The translations under genes and the position numbers were made by a program. Of a stretch of 64,000 bases of DNA, positions 9,888 to 21,179 are shown one piece after another. This DNA comes from an uncultured Methanolobus sp. (lineage in GTDB: Archaea > Halobacteriota > Methanosarcinia > Methanosarcinales > Methanosarcinaceae), in assembly GCA_963675495.1 (NCBI GenBank), contig OY776215.1, positions 2,432,001 to 2,496,000 of the forward strand, in the 5' to 3' direction. Position 1 is the stretch's first letter, and each line of letters begins with the position of its first letter. Below the pieces are notes generated by a model. It saw nothing but the letters and a program-made list of their open reading frames with translations, did no database searches and was not told where the DNA came from.

Positions 9888-11374
9888 TGTTGCCGATACT
9901 ATCTTTGATCGTGCTGATACCTCTGATATTTGCAGCACTAACATTATTAACAAAAACAAAAGAACAGGCAAGGTCACTTGCACTGGTAGCTACAGTTTCT
10001 GTACTGTTACTTACAGTATACATGTACTTTAACTTCGACAGCAGTATAGCTGTTAATCAATTCGAGGAACTTGCGCAGTGGGTACCTTCTCTTGGAATTA
10101 CCTACCACCTCGGTGTTGACGGAATTGCAATGCCATTGATACTTCTCAATGCAATTGTTCTTCCACTTCTCGTTCTGTTCACATGGAACGATGAAAGGAA
10201 ATCACCGAACAAGTTCTATGCATGTATACTTGCAACAGAGGGTGCAGTAATTGGTGTATTCACCGCACTGGATTTCTTCCTGTTCTACGTGTTCTGGGAA
10301 CTTACACTCATACCGCTCTTCTTCATGGTGAGCATATGGGGAGGACCCAACAAACACAACGCAGCAATAAAGTTCTTCATATACACTCACGTGGCTTCTC
10401 TTGTGATGCTGCTCGGTATATTCGGACTTTACTTCGCAGCATGGGACATGACAGGAACTCCAACACTGGACATACCAACACTCATTGCCCAGTTCCAGTT
10501 CATTGAATCCGGAATCGCAAAGGATCTGATATTCCTTGCACTGCTCTTTGGTTTCATTGTCAAGATACCAAGTTTCCCATTCCATTCATGGCTTCCTGAT
10601 GCATATACTGAGGCACCAACTGCTGGCAGTGTGCTCTTTGTCATGCTCAAGATCGGTGGATACGGTCTCTTTAAGATAATGCTTCCAATGTTGCCATTCA
10701 CAGCATCACCAAATCTGATGATAACTATCATGGCAGTCCTTGGTTCTGTAAGTATACTCTACGGTGCATTCCTTGCACTCTCACAGAAGGACCTCAAGAA
10801 AATGGTTGCATACTCCAGTGTAAGTCACATGGGCTACGTAACACTTGGTGCAGCCGGTCTGGTGTCACTCTCCGTTTCAGGAGCAATGTTCCAGCAGTTT
10901 TCACACGGACTTATCATGAGTATTATGTTCATGTCATGTGGCGTGATCAACAATGCAACAGGCACAAGGATCATTAATGATCTCGGAGGCCTTGCGCAGA
11001 AGATGCCAAAACTGGCAACTATCATGGTATTTACCTTTATGGCATCCCTTGGACTCCCAGGACTTACTGGTTTCATTGCAGAGGTTTCAGTACTTGCCGG
11101 AGCATTTGTGAACCTGCCAATATACGTTATTATCGCGCTTCTGGCAATCGTAATAACAGCGGCTTATCACCTGTGGGCTCTCCAGAGATCAATGTTTGGT
11201 GTTTACAATGAGAAGCTCGGTACGGTTTTTGATATCAATAGTTATCAGACACTTTCAATGGGTATCATTGCGATTCTCATACTGTACTTCGGACTTAACC
11301 CAAGCCCGGTGCTTGATATGATGTTGACTAATTCAGAACAGATAATCAGCCTAATGGCTGTCATGGGGGTGTGA
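9884..11374 (+). CDS. fpoM: F420H2 dehydrogenase subunit M
   Basis: NuoM-like FPFHSWLPDAYTEAP, AYSSVSHMG. Confidence 0.95.
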   Translation: MMLPILSLIVLIPLIFAALTLLTKTKEQARSLALVATVSVLLLTVYMYFNFDSSIAVNQFEELAQWVPSLGITYHLGVDGIAMPLILLNAIVLPLLVLFTWNDERKSPNKFYACILATEGAVIGVFTALDFFLFYVFWELTLIPLFFMVSIWGGPNKHNAAIKFFIYTHVASLVMLLGIFGLYFAAWDMTGTPTLDIPTLIAQFQFIESGIAKDLIFLALLFGFIVKIPSFPFHSWLPDAYTEAPTAGSVLFVMLKIGGYGLFKIMLPMLPFTASPNLMITIMAVLGSVSILYGAFLALSQKDLKKMVAYSSVSHMGYVTLGAAGLVSLSVSGAMFQQFSHGLIMSIMFMSCGVINNATGTRIINDLGGLAQKMPKLATIMVFTFMASLGLPGLTGFIAEVSVLAGAFVNLPIYVIIALLAIVITAAYHLWALQRSMFGVYNEKLGTVFDINSYQTLSMGIIAILILYFGLNPSPVLDMMLTNSEQIISLMAVMGV

Positions 11375-11377
11375 ATA

Positions 11378-12829
11378 ATGGATCTAATGTTATTTGCACC
11401 TGAACTATCCCTTGTGTTAACAGGGCTGGCAGTATTGCTTATCGGGCTTTTCATCCCGACAGAGTCAAAGAAGATACTGGGTTACATCGCAACACTGGGT
11501 GTAATTGTTGCCCTGTTCTTTACGGTTTCAAGCCTTGGAACCCAGGCAACAGCGTTCAACGACACAGTATCTATCGATGCCCTGTCCCAGTTCTTCAAGA
11601 TAGTGTTCCTTGTGGTCGCATTACTCTTTACGATCTCAGGTATAAAGTACACTGAAGGCAACAGTAACACTGAAGAGTTCTTCGTACTCGGATTATTCGC
11701 AACCATAGGCATGATGTTCGTTGCATCTGCAAACGATCTCATGGTATTGTTCATTGCATTCGAACTTGCAAGTCTTGCAACCTATGCACTTGCAGGTTTT
11801 GAGAAGAAGAACCCCAAGTCACTGGAAGCTGCTCTGAAATACTTTATCATAGGTTCACTTTCAGCGGCCCTTATGCTCCTTGGTATATCCTATCTCTACG
11901 GAGCAACAGGCACAACCAGCATTCCGGGAATTGCAGCCAACGCAGGTGTACTTGTATCTAGTCCAATGGGACTTGTGGCAGTGGTTCTTCTGATAGCAGG
12001 ATTTGGTTTCAAGATCGCTCTTGTACCATTCCACATGTGGGCACCTGACACATACCAGGGTTCACCTTCAGTAGTATCTGCATTGCTTGCAGCCGGTTCA
12101 AAGAAGATGGGTATTGTAGCAGCTCTTAAGGTATTCGTAGTTGCACTCATAGCCCTTCAGGCTGAATGGCAGATCGCATTTGCAGTACTTGCAGTTGTCA
12201 CAATGACATACGGTAACGTTGTAGCTCTTAACCAGACAAGTGTCAAGAGAATGCTTGCATACTCCTCACTTGCACAGGCAGGTTACATCACAATGGCATT
12301 TGTGGTACTCACTCCTATGGCACTTGGTGGAGGTATCTTCTATGCACTATCACACGGTTTCATGAAGGCGGGAGCTTTCATTGCAACTGCAGCTGTGACA
12401 TACATGATACTTTCAGAGAACAAGGATTCTACCGACCCGGACCACATTGATAATTTCAGAGGTCTTGGAAGGAGAATGCCAATAACTGCTCTTTCAATGA
12501 CAGTGTTCGTATTTGCACTGGCAGGTATCCCGCTCACAGCAGGTTACATGAGCAAGTTCATTCTGTTCTCATCCACCATCCAGTCAGGATTTGCATGGCT
12601 CGCAGTAATTGCAATACTTAACAGTGCAATTTCACTGTACTACTATGCAAAGATCGTCAAATACATGTACTTCCTCCCAACAGAGAGTGAAAAGATATCA
12701 GAACCACTCCCATACACCATTGCAATGGTAATTGCTGTGCTTGGTGTACTTGTGCTTGGTTTCTGGCCTGAACCATTCGTCTACTGGGCAATGGAAGCTG
12801 CAAAAGTATTGATTCCTGGAGGTTTCTAA
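11378..12829 (+). CDS. fpoN: F420H2 dehydrogenase subunit N
   Basis: NuoN-like EAALKYF, VPFHMWAPDTYQG, KRMLAYSS. Confidence 0.95.
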   Translation: MDLMLFAPELSLVLTGLAVLLIGLFIPTESKKILGYIATLGVIVALFFTVSSLGTQATAFNDTVSIDALSQFFKIVFLVVALLFTISGIKYTEGNSNTEEFFVLGLFATIGMMFVASANDLMVLFIAFELASLATYALAGFEKKNPKSLEAALKYFIIGSLSAALMLLGISYLYGATGTTSIPGIAANAGVLVSSPMGLVAVVLLIAGFGFKIALVPFHMWAPDTYQGSPSVVSALLAAGSKKMGIVAALKVFVVALIALQAEWQIAFAVLAVVTMTYGNVVALNQTSVKRMLAYSSLAQAGYITMAFVVLTPMALGGGIFYALSHGFMKAGAFIATAAVTYMILSENKDSTDPDHIDNFRGLGRRMPITALSMTVFVFALAGIPLTAGYMSKFILFSSTIQSGFAWLAVIAILNSAISLYYYAKIVKYMYFLPTESEKISEPLPYTIAMVIAVLGVLVLGFWPEPFVYWAMEAAKVLIPGGF

Positions 12830-12830
12830 A

Positions 12831-13193
12831 ATGGCAGATTGTGATCTTTGTGGAGTTGCTATCCCAACAGTAGTTCCTGTGAGGATATTCAAGCCAAAGT
12901 ACGCACATTCCTATCCACATGGCATGTGGCAGGGTCTTTGCGAAGGTTGCCTTGATGCAGGAAAGAAAAGCTTCGACAAGCAATCTGAATCCCCAAGCTG
13001 TGGCTCAGCAGGCAAATGCGAATTCTGCGGTGCTATAGCACAGTTGTATGATGTAACCATCAGCAGACCTTCATTCTCAAAGGGTGCTGAGGAAGACACA
13101 GTGCAGCTCTGCAAGAAGTGCCTTGGATCAATCAATGAGGCACATGCGGCATGGGAAGAGCAGAAGGCTGAAGAAGAACACGAACATCATTAA
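12831..13193 (+). CDS. fpoO: F420H2 dehydrogenase subunit O
   Basis: MADCDLCGVAIPTVVPVR...WQGLCEGC; Cys-rich last gene of the fpo operon. Confidence 0.9.
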   Translation: MADCDLCGVAIPTVVPVRIFKPKYAHSYPHGMWQGLCEGCLDAGKKSFDKQSESPSCGSAGKCEFCGAIAQLYDVTISRPSFSKGAEEDTVQLCKKCLGSINEAHAAWEEQKAEEEHEHH

Positions 13194-13207
13194 GTATTAA
13201 ATTAGAA

Positions 13208-13241
13208 GACCGGTTAAGCCGGTCCTTTCTTTTCTTTTTTT
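13208..13241 (+). terminator. Terminator of fpo operon
   Basis: GACCGG-TTAAG-CCGGTC hairpin followed by a long T tract. Confidence 0.75.
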
Positions 13242-13281
13242 GATTGATTTTACTGTTTTTTTAGTTGATCTTGGTCAGTTC

Positions 13282-14568
13282 TCAATAAAATAGTATATAT
13301 GCTACACTCGTGAACGCCAGACTTGTAATACCCATCACAACACCACCCAGTGTATAACTTTTCAGAACCTCGGCAGTTTCCAGCTCAGCTAGATCCTTGT
13401 ATATCCAGAAGAACGGATCATTGAAGTGTGATATGAGGAAGGTTCCCGAGGCCATTGAAAATAGCACTATCTCCGCTGGCAGTCCAAGTGTAGGGACAAG
13501 TGGTATCACAATTGAAGGTGCCACCAGCATTGTGACAACCCTTGAACCCTGGACACTCTGTATGGCAACCGCAATAAGAAAAGGAACAAGTATTGCAGGC
13601 AATGGTAGTACTGCAAGGAGCGTTCCCATATCCTGACCTACTCCTGTCATAGCAAGAGTGGCTCCAAGAGCTCCTCCACCGCACATGTCCAGAATGACCA
13701 CACCGCTTCTTTTGATAGCTTTTTCAATCCATTGCCTTACAGGAGTGAATGTGTACTGCCTGTAAGCAAAGAAAATAGCCATGACAACTCCAATTAGTAG
13801 AGCCATGTCCGGCTCACCAATTATATTGAATATGGGGATATTTGTAAAAACATCCGTAAGGATCAATGCAACAGGAATTACAATTGGAAAGTAGGCTGCT
13901 ATTCTTCCAGGCAGTTCCAGATTCTGATCATTGTTTTCGTTTTCATTGTCTACAATAAAACCGGACATGTCTCCGGTACTGCAGAATTTAATCGCATAAA
14001 GGTATCCAATCATTGAAACTACAAGTGCAATGATAATTCCCGGAATCAGTATATCGCTACTATTGATTCCCAGTTCGGATACTGCAGAATAAACAACCGG
14101 GGAAGGATAAACAAGGTTATACGATGCCAGTGTTCCAAAAACAAGTGCAGATGCGGTGAGTACTTTTGGAAGTTGTTCTTTGGTCTTGATCTCCCTTGCT
14201 ACCGGGATAAAAATCACATAGGCAAGAATACAGCACATGAGAGGCACTGAGAATATGAATCCAAGTATATTCAGTCCAAAAAGAGGCTTTCTTGATATTT
14301 TGATAATATCACTGGCAATAAGTCTTGCTCCACCTGTCCTTTGTAATATTATCCCTATTATGCTGCCAGCAGCTATTATGATGGCAAAATGAGAGAATAC
14401 TCTTCCCATTCCACTTGTTATGGCTTCAATGGTGCCTGTCGCTTCACCTGCAAGTATTCCCGTTATGATCGATGTTAAAATAAGGCCTAAAAAAGGGTGT
14501 ATTCTCAGCTTTGCAGTAAGAATTAGTATAATTAACAGTGAAAAAACAAAGACTATCAGGGAGTTCAT
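13282..14568 (-). CDS. GntP family permease
   Basis: Multi-TM; KLRIHPFLGL, QGSRVV, SHFNDPFFW motifs. Confidence 0.85.
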   Translation of the reverse strand: MNSLIVFVFSLLIILILTAKLRIHPFLGLILTSIITGILAGEATGTIEAITSGMGRVFSHFAIIIAAGSIIGIILQRTGGARLIASDIIKISRKPLFGLNILGFIFSVPLMCCILAYVIFIPVAREIKTKEQLPKVLTASALVFGTLASYNLVYPSPVVYSAVSELGINSSDILIPGIIIALVVSMIGYLYAIKFCSTGDMSGFIVDNENENNDQNLELPGRIAAYFPIVIPVALILTDVFTNIPIFNIIGEPDMALLIGVVMAIFFAYRQYTFTPVRQWIEKAIKRSGVVILDMCGGGALGATLAMTGVGQDMGTLLAVLPLPAILVPFLIAVAIQSVQGSRVVTMLVAPSIVIPLVPTLGLPAEIVLFSMASGTFLISHFNDPFFWIYKDLAELETAEVLKSYTLGGVVMGITSLAFTSVAYILFY

Positions 14569-14647
14569 TAAAAGGAAATCGGTTGTAGAGTAGTATAAGC
14601 CTTACCCTGTATAAGGTATTCTACTCTAAACCAGTTTAACTTATTCT

Positions 14648-14914
14648 TCAACGTAAAGTAGGTAAAGACAGCTGTTCTCTCTCATTTCCATGAATCCCTG
14701 GATTTTGGAAATTCCTGCTTTTTCCAGCAAACTTTTTTCCATGATTCAGAGGAAGTGCTATCTTTTCGGTATATGCTTTTAAAGCATAGACATATCCAAT
14801 GACATCTCCGTTTTTGTAAGTGATAGTAAGATCGGTTTGTACATAGATAACTCCTTCTACGGTTAGTGATGTTCTTCTATTTTTTATTGCTACATTAAAA
14901 GCGGCCCACACCAC
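14648..14914 (-). other. Doubtful short ORF / possible gene fragment
   Basis: 88 aa ORF in AT-rich decayed region; no recognisable motif. Confidence 0.2.
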
Positions 14915-15141
14915 ATGCTTCTTTTTCCATTCTCTAAGTATAGTTTTGACCTACACAAAGCTAATATTCTAAAACACATTCGGTCCCTTCTTTGCTGACT
15001 ATATGTCATTAGCAAGTGAATATTATGCAATGTCCATTATGATTCTAGGTCTGCTTTGCATTGAATCAGTAAATACACTATATTTGGACATTAATGGCAA
15101 TTATAGTTTGTAATCTCCACAATTGAATTTACTATATTATA

Positions 15142-15681
15142 CTAAAGTTTTGATATTTTAATCCATTTTAATTCTGGGTTTTGCGGATACAATTGTTCAG
15201 TGGTTGCATTATCTTCTTCTATTATCTGTATAGCTTCACTTTCTGACTTAACCGTCATCTCAAAAGGACTCTCACCTCTAACCTCATATCTGAGAAAAAG
15301 CCGTCCCTCTTCTGCCATCAATAGTCTTACATGATCCTGCTTTAAAGACTCAAGTCCGATTTCGTGTCCTTTTTGGCTTTTTGCTGTCCATACATTAAGC
15401 TCAGTCTCTGCTACATATGAAGCTTTAATAACTCCATTGTTAAGTCCGGTTATCTTGTCTTCTTCGACTGGATTAATATCCACGTCATCTACAATAGAAT
15501 AAGATAGATCGTTTGAAGTGGTATTCCTTGAAAATAATAATTTGCTTGATACAGAGTCATCTGTGTTTGCACCTGTTCTTACAAGCGAATGCAGCATCTT
15601 AGTGAATCTAGTTCCCTTGTCACTATCTTCAGTGTTTGATCTTTCCAGATGCTGTGTCCAGATATTTGTCATAAAAGTCAA
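15142..15681 (-). CDS. Hypothetical protein (orphan, possibly partial)
   Basis: 179 aa open frame with protein-like composition directly downstream of a cheY-like relic. Confidence 0.45.
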   Translation of the reverse strand: MTFMTNIWTQHLERSNTEDSDKGTRFTKMLHSLVRTGANTDDSVSSKLLFSRNTTSNDLSYSIVDDVDINPVEEDKITGLNNGVIKASYVAETELNVWTAKSQKGHEIGLESLKQDHVRLLMAEEGRLFLRYEVRGESPFEMTVKSESEAIQIIEEDNATTEQLYPQNPELKWIKISKL

Positions 15682-15689
15682 CCGTTAGA

Positions 15690-15884
15690 AAGTCAATTAT
15701 TATTAAAAACCAAGCTCATCCCAGCACATTCATAATAAAACCTTGCATTTTATCGGGTGATTGTGGGTATTTTTGTATGGGAGCGAGCCCATCGATGCAC
15801 TCGCCTACCACTTAATGATTATTTTCATTTAGTATATCCTTAATGACTATGCGCATAAATGCAGAGCATCTACAATCTCTTCAT
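15690..15884 (-). pseudogene. Decayed CheY-like response regulator
   Basis: Stitched frames from ATG 15884: MK/IVD/SAFMRIVIKDILNENNH*VVGECIDGLAPIQKYPQSPD, matching the CheY consensus IVDDSAFMRMVIKDIL...EVVGEAxxGxxAIxKY..xPD; frameshifts and an internal TAA. Confidence 0.75.
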
Positions 15885-16112
15885 GTCTCCCATATTTGAT
15901 ATTGTACTCATGTGTAAAATTTGCACTACACTTTAGTATAACATGGCAGCATTATTATTTTATTATATAATGATTAGTATAATATATTAAATTATTGTTT
16001 GTCCCGATGTATCCAAGTTTCAAGAATATAGTATTTTACTTTCTGTGCAATATAAAAAACATGGAGCTTTATACTTTATATTGTAAAGTCCCAGTTGCAT
16101 TTTTAGTGTGTT

Positions 16113-16129
16113 TATATATATATATATAT
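16113..16129. repeat. (TA)8 dinucleotide microsatellite
   Basis: TATATATATATATATAT in AT-rich intergenic DNA. Confidence 0.8.
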
Positions 16130-16232
16130 TTATGATTGTATTGATGTATATGTAATTATCTTACATAAGAATTTGAAAATATGGTCATTAAAAAAAGCGA
16201 ATTATATTAACTAAGCATCAGAAAACCTATTT

Positions 16233-17168
16233 TCATGCTATTGATAGAAGTATTATCAGGATACAAAACCTGACTAGTATACTGATTCCCGTAGAGAAAG
16301 CTACAATTCTGATTCCTATACGTGGACCAAATATAGATACATAGCGTGGTAAAAGGGACCTTATACTGAATACAGGGAGCATGAACATACTTCCCAGCAT
16401 AAGTACTATCATTGCCTGGATATACGATATTCCATTATTACTTATCATAGGGCCTAATAGTGATATTCCAAGAATTGGGCTTGCAACGTAGCTTGTGAGC
16501 GGCACAATACTTTCAGAAGGGATACCGAAAAGATCAGCAAGCGGCAATACATTAAATAATTCAAAAGCTCCTCGTTCCCTGAGTATGAAAACAAGCGTGG
16601 TCATCGATAGATAAATGACCGCTATCTTGGTGAACAGTTTGCGATTGCGCTTAAGAGATTTTTTGATCGCATCTTTCAGGGTGACCTTCTTTGATGAAAT
16701 ATTTTCTTCATACTGGCACCTATTCTTTTTGAGGAATATCCTACTAAGTATTATAACTGCACTGACCTTTATAACTGCAGTCAGTATAAATACCATTACG
16801 TAAAAACCACCGACAACCGGTCCAAGTGCCGGGAGGACTATGGGTATTTGATAGGTTATGATTTCCCTTACATATGCAGGTGTGCTGTTGAGCAATGCAC
16901 AGAGCATAGTTTCTCTCTCATTGATGCATCCTCCTTCTTTAAAATTCACAACCATGCTGTTTGCAGCAACAGTAGAACCCAGTGCCACCATAAAAGATGA
17001 TGCGCATGTGTCGGGGAGGTTTGTATACTTGAAAAGTGGTTTTACGAGTCCTGAAAATTTCTGCATGAACCCAAGTTCTATAAGGACTCCGGTTCCAAAA
17101 AGCCCCAAGAATATCATAATCAAAATGGGAATTGCGAAGTCCAGAACTTTAAGGAAAATGGAAAACAT
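16233..17168 (-). CDS. Nucleoside-recognition (Gate) domain membrane protein
   Basis: Multi-TM; LVKPLFKYTNLPD..ASSF Gate-like segment. Confidence 0.7.
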   Translation of the reverse strand: MFSIFLKVLDFAIPILIMIFLGLFGTGVLIELGFMQKFSGLVKPLFKYTNLPDTCASSFMVALGSTVAANSMVVNFKEGGCINERETMLCALLNSTPAYVREIITYQIPIVLPALGPVVGGFYVMVFILTAVIKVSAVIILSRIFLKKNRCQYEENISSKKVTLKDAIKKSLKRNRKLFTKIAVIYLSMTTLVFILRERGAFELFNVLPLADLFGIPSESIVPLTSYVASPILGISLLGPMISNNGISYIQAMIVLMLGSMFMLPVFSIRSLLPRYVSIFGPRIGIRIVAFSTGISILVRFCILIILLSIA

Positions 17169-17316
17169 GGATTATTGTACGGATAAGGAAGTAAATTAAT
17201 CTATCTCTTATCTTAAATACTCATAAATGGAATTATCATGATTAGCAATATGGTTTTGATTTAGATGATAGAAAAACCTTATATTGATTGTAACGTATTC
17301 AAAGGTGGTGATCGAG

Positions 17317-17499
17317 TTGAAAAAGAACCTTATGGATATTCTTGCCTGTCCTGTATGTAAAGGAGATCTTGTCCTTAACATCGAAAAGGAAGATGCCAAT
17401 GAGGTTATATCGGGCACCCTGTACTGTTCTGTATGCAATGAATACTATCCTATAGAGGAGGGTATACCAAATATGCTTCCTCCTGATCTAAGGGAATAA
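17317..17499 (+). CDS. Trm112-like methyltransferase activator (UPF0434)
   Basis: LMDILACPVCKGDL...LYCSVCNEYYPIEEGIPNMLP; TTG start after RBS AGGTGGTG. Confidence 0.9.
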   Translation: MKKNLMDILACPVCKGDLVLNIEKEDANEVISGTLYCSVCNEYYPIEEGIPNMLPPDLRE

Positions 17500-17518
17500 A
17501 ACTGGTGAGGAAATTCAA

Positions 17519-18205
17519 TTGCAACAGGTTCATATCAACAGGCTTGGTGTAAATTCACTGGAATTCGAAACGGATACTGTTGAATTACCTTTATCCCCCG
17601 GTGAAGAACGCAGTTTTGAAATAGTTTTGATAAACTATGGCGCACCAACACATGTAAATTTATCAGTAAGTGATTCTATAAGGGAGAACATCACTGTTCT
17701 TGAAGACAATCCTTATGTTAAGCATGAGGAATACATACCTTTTATTGCAAGAATCCCATATGATGGCAGAGTCTACAGCAAAGGACAACTCTATATTACT
17801 GTGGGCTATGGTTCCAAAAGACAGGGATTTGATCTGAACCTGGGTCATCTAAGCCCAAATGATAAGAGTTTTTCAGTTGATGTTGACGAATCCTTATATA
17901 ACCTTCAAAAATCCAAACCCTCAAAATCCCCTTCTTCCGCAATATCTGACGGGGAACACTGGAGCGCTCAACTTCCTTCCATATCATTTGAAATGCTAAG
18001 ATCAGCTTTAGGTCTGGCAGCTCCGCATTCTGTTAATATATTCAGGGTAGTTATATTGCTGCTATTCGTTTCTGTTCTTGCTTTTATAGTTCTGTCCATT
18101 GACTTTGGCCAGTTCTTTGGTTTTTATCAATCTGTATTGTATGCAATTATTCTTACATTTTTTATGGCTTATCTATTACTGAGACTTCCTAAATCTAAGA
18201 GATAA
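17519..18205 (+). CDS. Conserved euryarchaeal hypothetical membrane protein
   Basis: [31 protein letters not shown]; two C-terminal TM helices. Confidence 0.7.
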   Translation: MQQVHINRLGVNSLEFETDTVELPLSPGEERSFEIVLINYGAPTHVNLSVSDSIRENITVLEDNPYVKHEEYIPFIARIPYDGRVYSKGQLYITVGYGSKRQGFDLNLGHLSPNDKSFSVDVDESLYNLQKSKPSKSPSSAISDGEHWSAQLPSISFEMLRSALGLAAPHSVNIFRVVILLLFVSVLAFIVLSIDFGQFFGFYQSVLYAIILTFFMAYLLLRLPKSKR

Positions 18206-18219
18206 TCAAGGTGAATAAT

Positions 18220-19803
18220 ATGAAATATATCATAGTGACCGGCGGAGTAATGAGTGGGCTTGGAAAGGGAATTACCACTGCTTCTATTGGGCGTAACCTG
18301 AAGAACAAGGGGCATAAAGTTACGGCCATCAAGATCGATCCTTATATCAACATTGATGCAGGTACTATGAGTCCTTTCCAGCATGGCGAGGTTTATGTTC
18401 TTAAAGATGGAGGTGAGGTAGACCTTGATCTTGGAAATTATGAACGTTTCCTTGATACGGAACTTACAAGGGAACACAACCTGACCACCGGAAAGATCTA
18501 CGAATCTGTGATCTCCAAGGAACGTAGAGGGGAGTATCTGGGAAAGACCGTACAGATAATTCCTCACATAACCAATGAGATCAAGGACAGGATTCGCAGA
18601 GTTGCTGCAAAGAGTGGCGCTGATATTTGTATGATAGAAGTCGGTGGTACAGTTGGTGACATTGAAAGTATGCCTTTCCTGGAAGCTGTAAGACAGATGC
18701 ACAGGGAGGAGCCAAAGGAAAATCTAGCATTTGTGCACGTGACCCTTGTTCCCATGGATGCGCAAGGTGACCAGAAAACAAAGCCAACACAACATTCTGT
18801 AAAAGAGTTAAGGCAGCTAGGTCTCAAACCTAACATCATAGTTACCAGATGTAAGGAACCCTTGCTTGAAGGCACAGTCTCTAAAATATCGCATTTCTGC
18901 GATGTATCCGAGGAAGCGGTCATAAGTGCTCATGATGCAAAGGATATTTATGAAGTACCTCTTATGATGGAGGAAGAAGGACTCACTGATTTTTTGGTGA
19001 AACATCTGGACCTGAGTTCTTCAGGAGCAGATGATGCCTGGGCTAAGATGGTTGACAGAATGCACAATCTTAAAGGTGAGGTGAAAATAGGCATTGTTGG
19101 AAAATACACCCATCTTGAAGATTCATACCTGAGTATAAGTGCTTCTATCAAACATGCTGCCATCGAGTGTGGTGTTAATTACGAAGTATGCTGGATAACT
19201 GCGGAATCCTTTGAAGAAGAGCCTGATACAATATCATGTCTTTCAGAATATGATGGTATACTGGTTCCCGGTGGTTTTGGGGAAAGAGGCACTGAAGGTA
19301 AGATTAAAGCCATACAGTACGCCAGAGAGAACGATATCCCGTATCTTGGTCTTTGTCTTGGAATGCAGTTGTCTGTAATAGAGTTTGCCAGAAATGTGGC
19401 AGGTCTTGAGAATGCCAACAGCACAGAATTTGATGAAAACACACCGTATCCTGTGATAGATATACTTCCTGAACAGGAAAATGTAGTTGACATGGGTGCA
19501 ACTATGAGACTTGGCGATTACTATGCAGACTTAAAAGCAGGTTCACTTGCCGAGAGTATTTACGGCCAGTCCCAGATAATAGAACGTCACAGGCATAGGT
19601 ATGAAGTAAATCCTAATTATGTCGAAAAGATAGAAAACCACGGAATGGTTTTTTCCGGTAAGAACAGGAACAGAATGGAAATCGCTGAGATTCCCGGTAA
19701 GAAATTCTTCTTTGGATCACAATTTCATCCGGAATTTAAATCCCGCCCTGGAAATCCATCACCACCTTTCAAAGCTTTCATTCAGGCAATGATAGGGAAG
19801 TAA
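18220..19803 (+). CDS. pyrG: CTP synthase
   Basis: [38 protein letters not shown]. Confidence 0.98.
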   Translation: MKYIIVTGGVMSGLGKGITTASIGRNLKNKGHKVTAIKIDPYINIDAGTMSPFQHGEVYVLKDGGEVDLDLGNYERFLDTELTREHNLTTGKIYESVISKERRGEYLGKTVQIIPHITNEIKDRIRRVAAKSGADICMIEVGGTVGDIESMPFLEAVRQMHREEPKENLAFVHVTLVPMDAQGDQKTKPTQHSVKELRQLGLKPNIIVTRCKEPLLEGTVSKISHFCDVSEEAVISAHDAKDIYEVPLMMEEEGLTDFLVKHLDLSSSGADDAWAKMVDRMHNLKGEVKIGIVGKYTHLEDSYLSISASIKHAAIECGVNYEVCWITAESFEEEPDTISCLSEYDGILVPGGFGERGTEGKIKAIQYARENDIPYLGLCLGMQLSVIEFARNVAGLENANSTEFDENTPYPVIDILPEQENVVDMGATMRLGDYYADLKAGSLAESIYGQSQIIERHRHRYEVNPNYVEKIENHGMVFSGKNRNRMEIAEIPGKKFFFGSQFHPEFKSRPGNPSPPFKAFIQAMIGK

Positions 19804-19835
19804 GATCAAAATTCAATTTGAAAGTAAGAAAGATG

Positions 19836-19856
19836 AAGCCCACTCTAAGTGGGCTT
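19836..19856. terminator. Hairpin between convergent pyrG and truD
   Basis: AAGCCCAC-TCTAA-GTGGGCTT. Confidence 0.6.
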
Positions 19857-21168
19857 AGCTCATTTTCAATGGTTCAACTTTCATGTATTCCCTGAGAACA
19901 GTTGTTGCATAACTTCCCTTTGGCAAAGAAAAAGTGAGTATTGCCTTGCTTTTTCCAGGGTTTAGTTCGTCTTCTCCGGTTTCAAATACAGGATCGCAGT
20001 AGAGTAACATTTCCCTGCGTAGTCCTTTTGATGCAAGAGCCGACATTTGTTTCATCCGGAATGCTTCCTGTGCCATACCAGTTTCATTATATATCTCTTT
20101 TTCAATATCCCCCGGAACATTGGATGCGAATTCAGTATTGTATCCTACCAGAGGTGCAGTCACAAATGCTCTCCTTCTTCTCAGGAGATTGTTCATGCCG
20201 TCTACATTATCCTCGGTGGACTTCTGCATCTTTGTGACATCAGGCAGACCTTCCTTATTCTTGAAACAGATAATGTCTCCCGGGCGGGCTTCATCAAGGG
20301 GAAGTCCGAGTTCTATTCTTTTACAGATTATGCGGTTGAAGATGTATGATTGGTAAGCGTGTATGAACATCCTGCTGATGTTTTCAGAAAGCACACTAAA
20401 TGACCCCGTAAAATCTCCTGGATTTTCCACAAGGTAATGCATCATTGCCCTCTCATATCTGAGTCGTAATGGATATGTTTTAAGTCCTTCCACAAAATCC
20501 CTGGTTTCACATACATGATCTCTAGCTTCTTTCACGTCATCCTGTTCATCAGGAAAGGACTGTGCAATATATATAAGTGAAGCTTTTTCAAAATCACCTT
20601 GAAGAAGCTGTTCTCCAACCATGTGCGTAATAGGTCTGATGGCACCGAACCTCTGGATCCCAAAAAAGTTAGGAACACCGCCAAACGTATTTATCTCATC
20701 TGTTGTTCTTTTGAGATTTTCTTCCAGTTCATCAGGTTTAAGATCAATATCTCTTATGGTAATACGGAATTCATTACCGTACAGGTCACCAAGTCCAAGA
20801 GACCTGTTTGACCTTCCTATGATTTTTAGTTCTACGTCTTTGAGGTAGAAGTTCTCAATATCTTCTTCCGACATATCGTATATGCTGATCTTCTGGGTTG
20901 TCTTTGCCCTTTTATCCTTCGTACCGGCAAACCCGATTCTCTTCTGGCTGATACCAAGTTTACGTGACATATCTCTAATAAGATGATGCATATCCCAGTT
21001 GGTCTTGGTTATCTCCAGGACAAGGTACTTTCCGCTGTCACCTTCTTCACGGTTTGTTATTTCCCTGACAATAAAATCATCTGTTTCCTGTCTAAGTACG
21101 CCTCCAATTCCATTGGTATCTGTACAGTACAGGTCTATTCCCATCTTTCTTTCAACTGCTGGTATCAT
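19855..21168 (-). CDS. truD: tRNA pseudouridine(13) synthase
   Basis: GFAGTKDKRA, GNEFRI, NFFGIQRFG, FSLPKGSYATTVLRE. Confidence 0.95.
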   Translation of the reverse strand: MIPAVERKMGIDLYCTDTNGIGGVLRQETDDFIVREITNREEGDSGKYLVLEITKTNWDMHHLIRDMSRKLGISQKRIGFAGTKDKRAKTTQKISIYDMSEEDIENFYLKDVELKIIGRSNRSLGLGDLYGNEFRITIRDIDLKPDELEENLKRTTDEINTFGGVPNFFGIQRFGAIRPITHMVGEQLLQGDFEKASLIYIAQSFPDEQDDVKEARDHVCETRDFVEGLKTYPLRLRYERAMMHYLVENPGDFTGSFSVLSENISRMFIHAYQSYIFNRIICKRIELGLPLDEARPGDIICFKNKEGLPDVTKMQKSTEDNVDGMNNLLRRRRAFVTAPLVGYNTEFASNVPGDIEKEIYNETGMAQEAFRMKQMSALASKGLRREMLLYCDPVFETGEDELNPGKSKAILTFSLPKGSYATTVLREYMKVEPLKMS

Positions 21169-21179
21169 TTTAAATCATC

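Noticed and set aside
2971-13193. fpo operon as a novel complex or NiFe hydrogenase
   Set aside because: Canonical Methanosarcinaceae fpoABCDHIJJKLMNO; FpoD lacks NiFe cysteine pairs; split fpoJ and unlinked fpoF are known.
16113-16129. (TA)8 tract as a phase-variation switch
   Set aside because: Lies in generally AT-rich intergenic DNA upstream of a pseudogene; no evidence of function.
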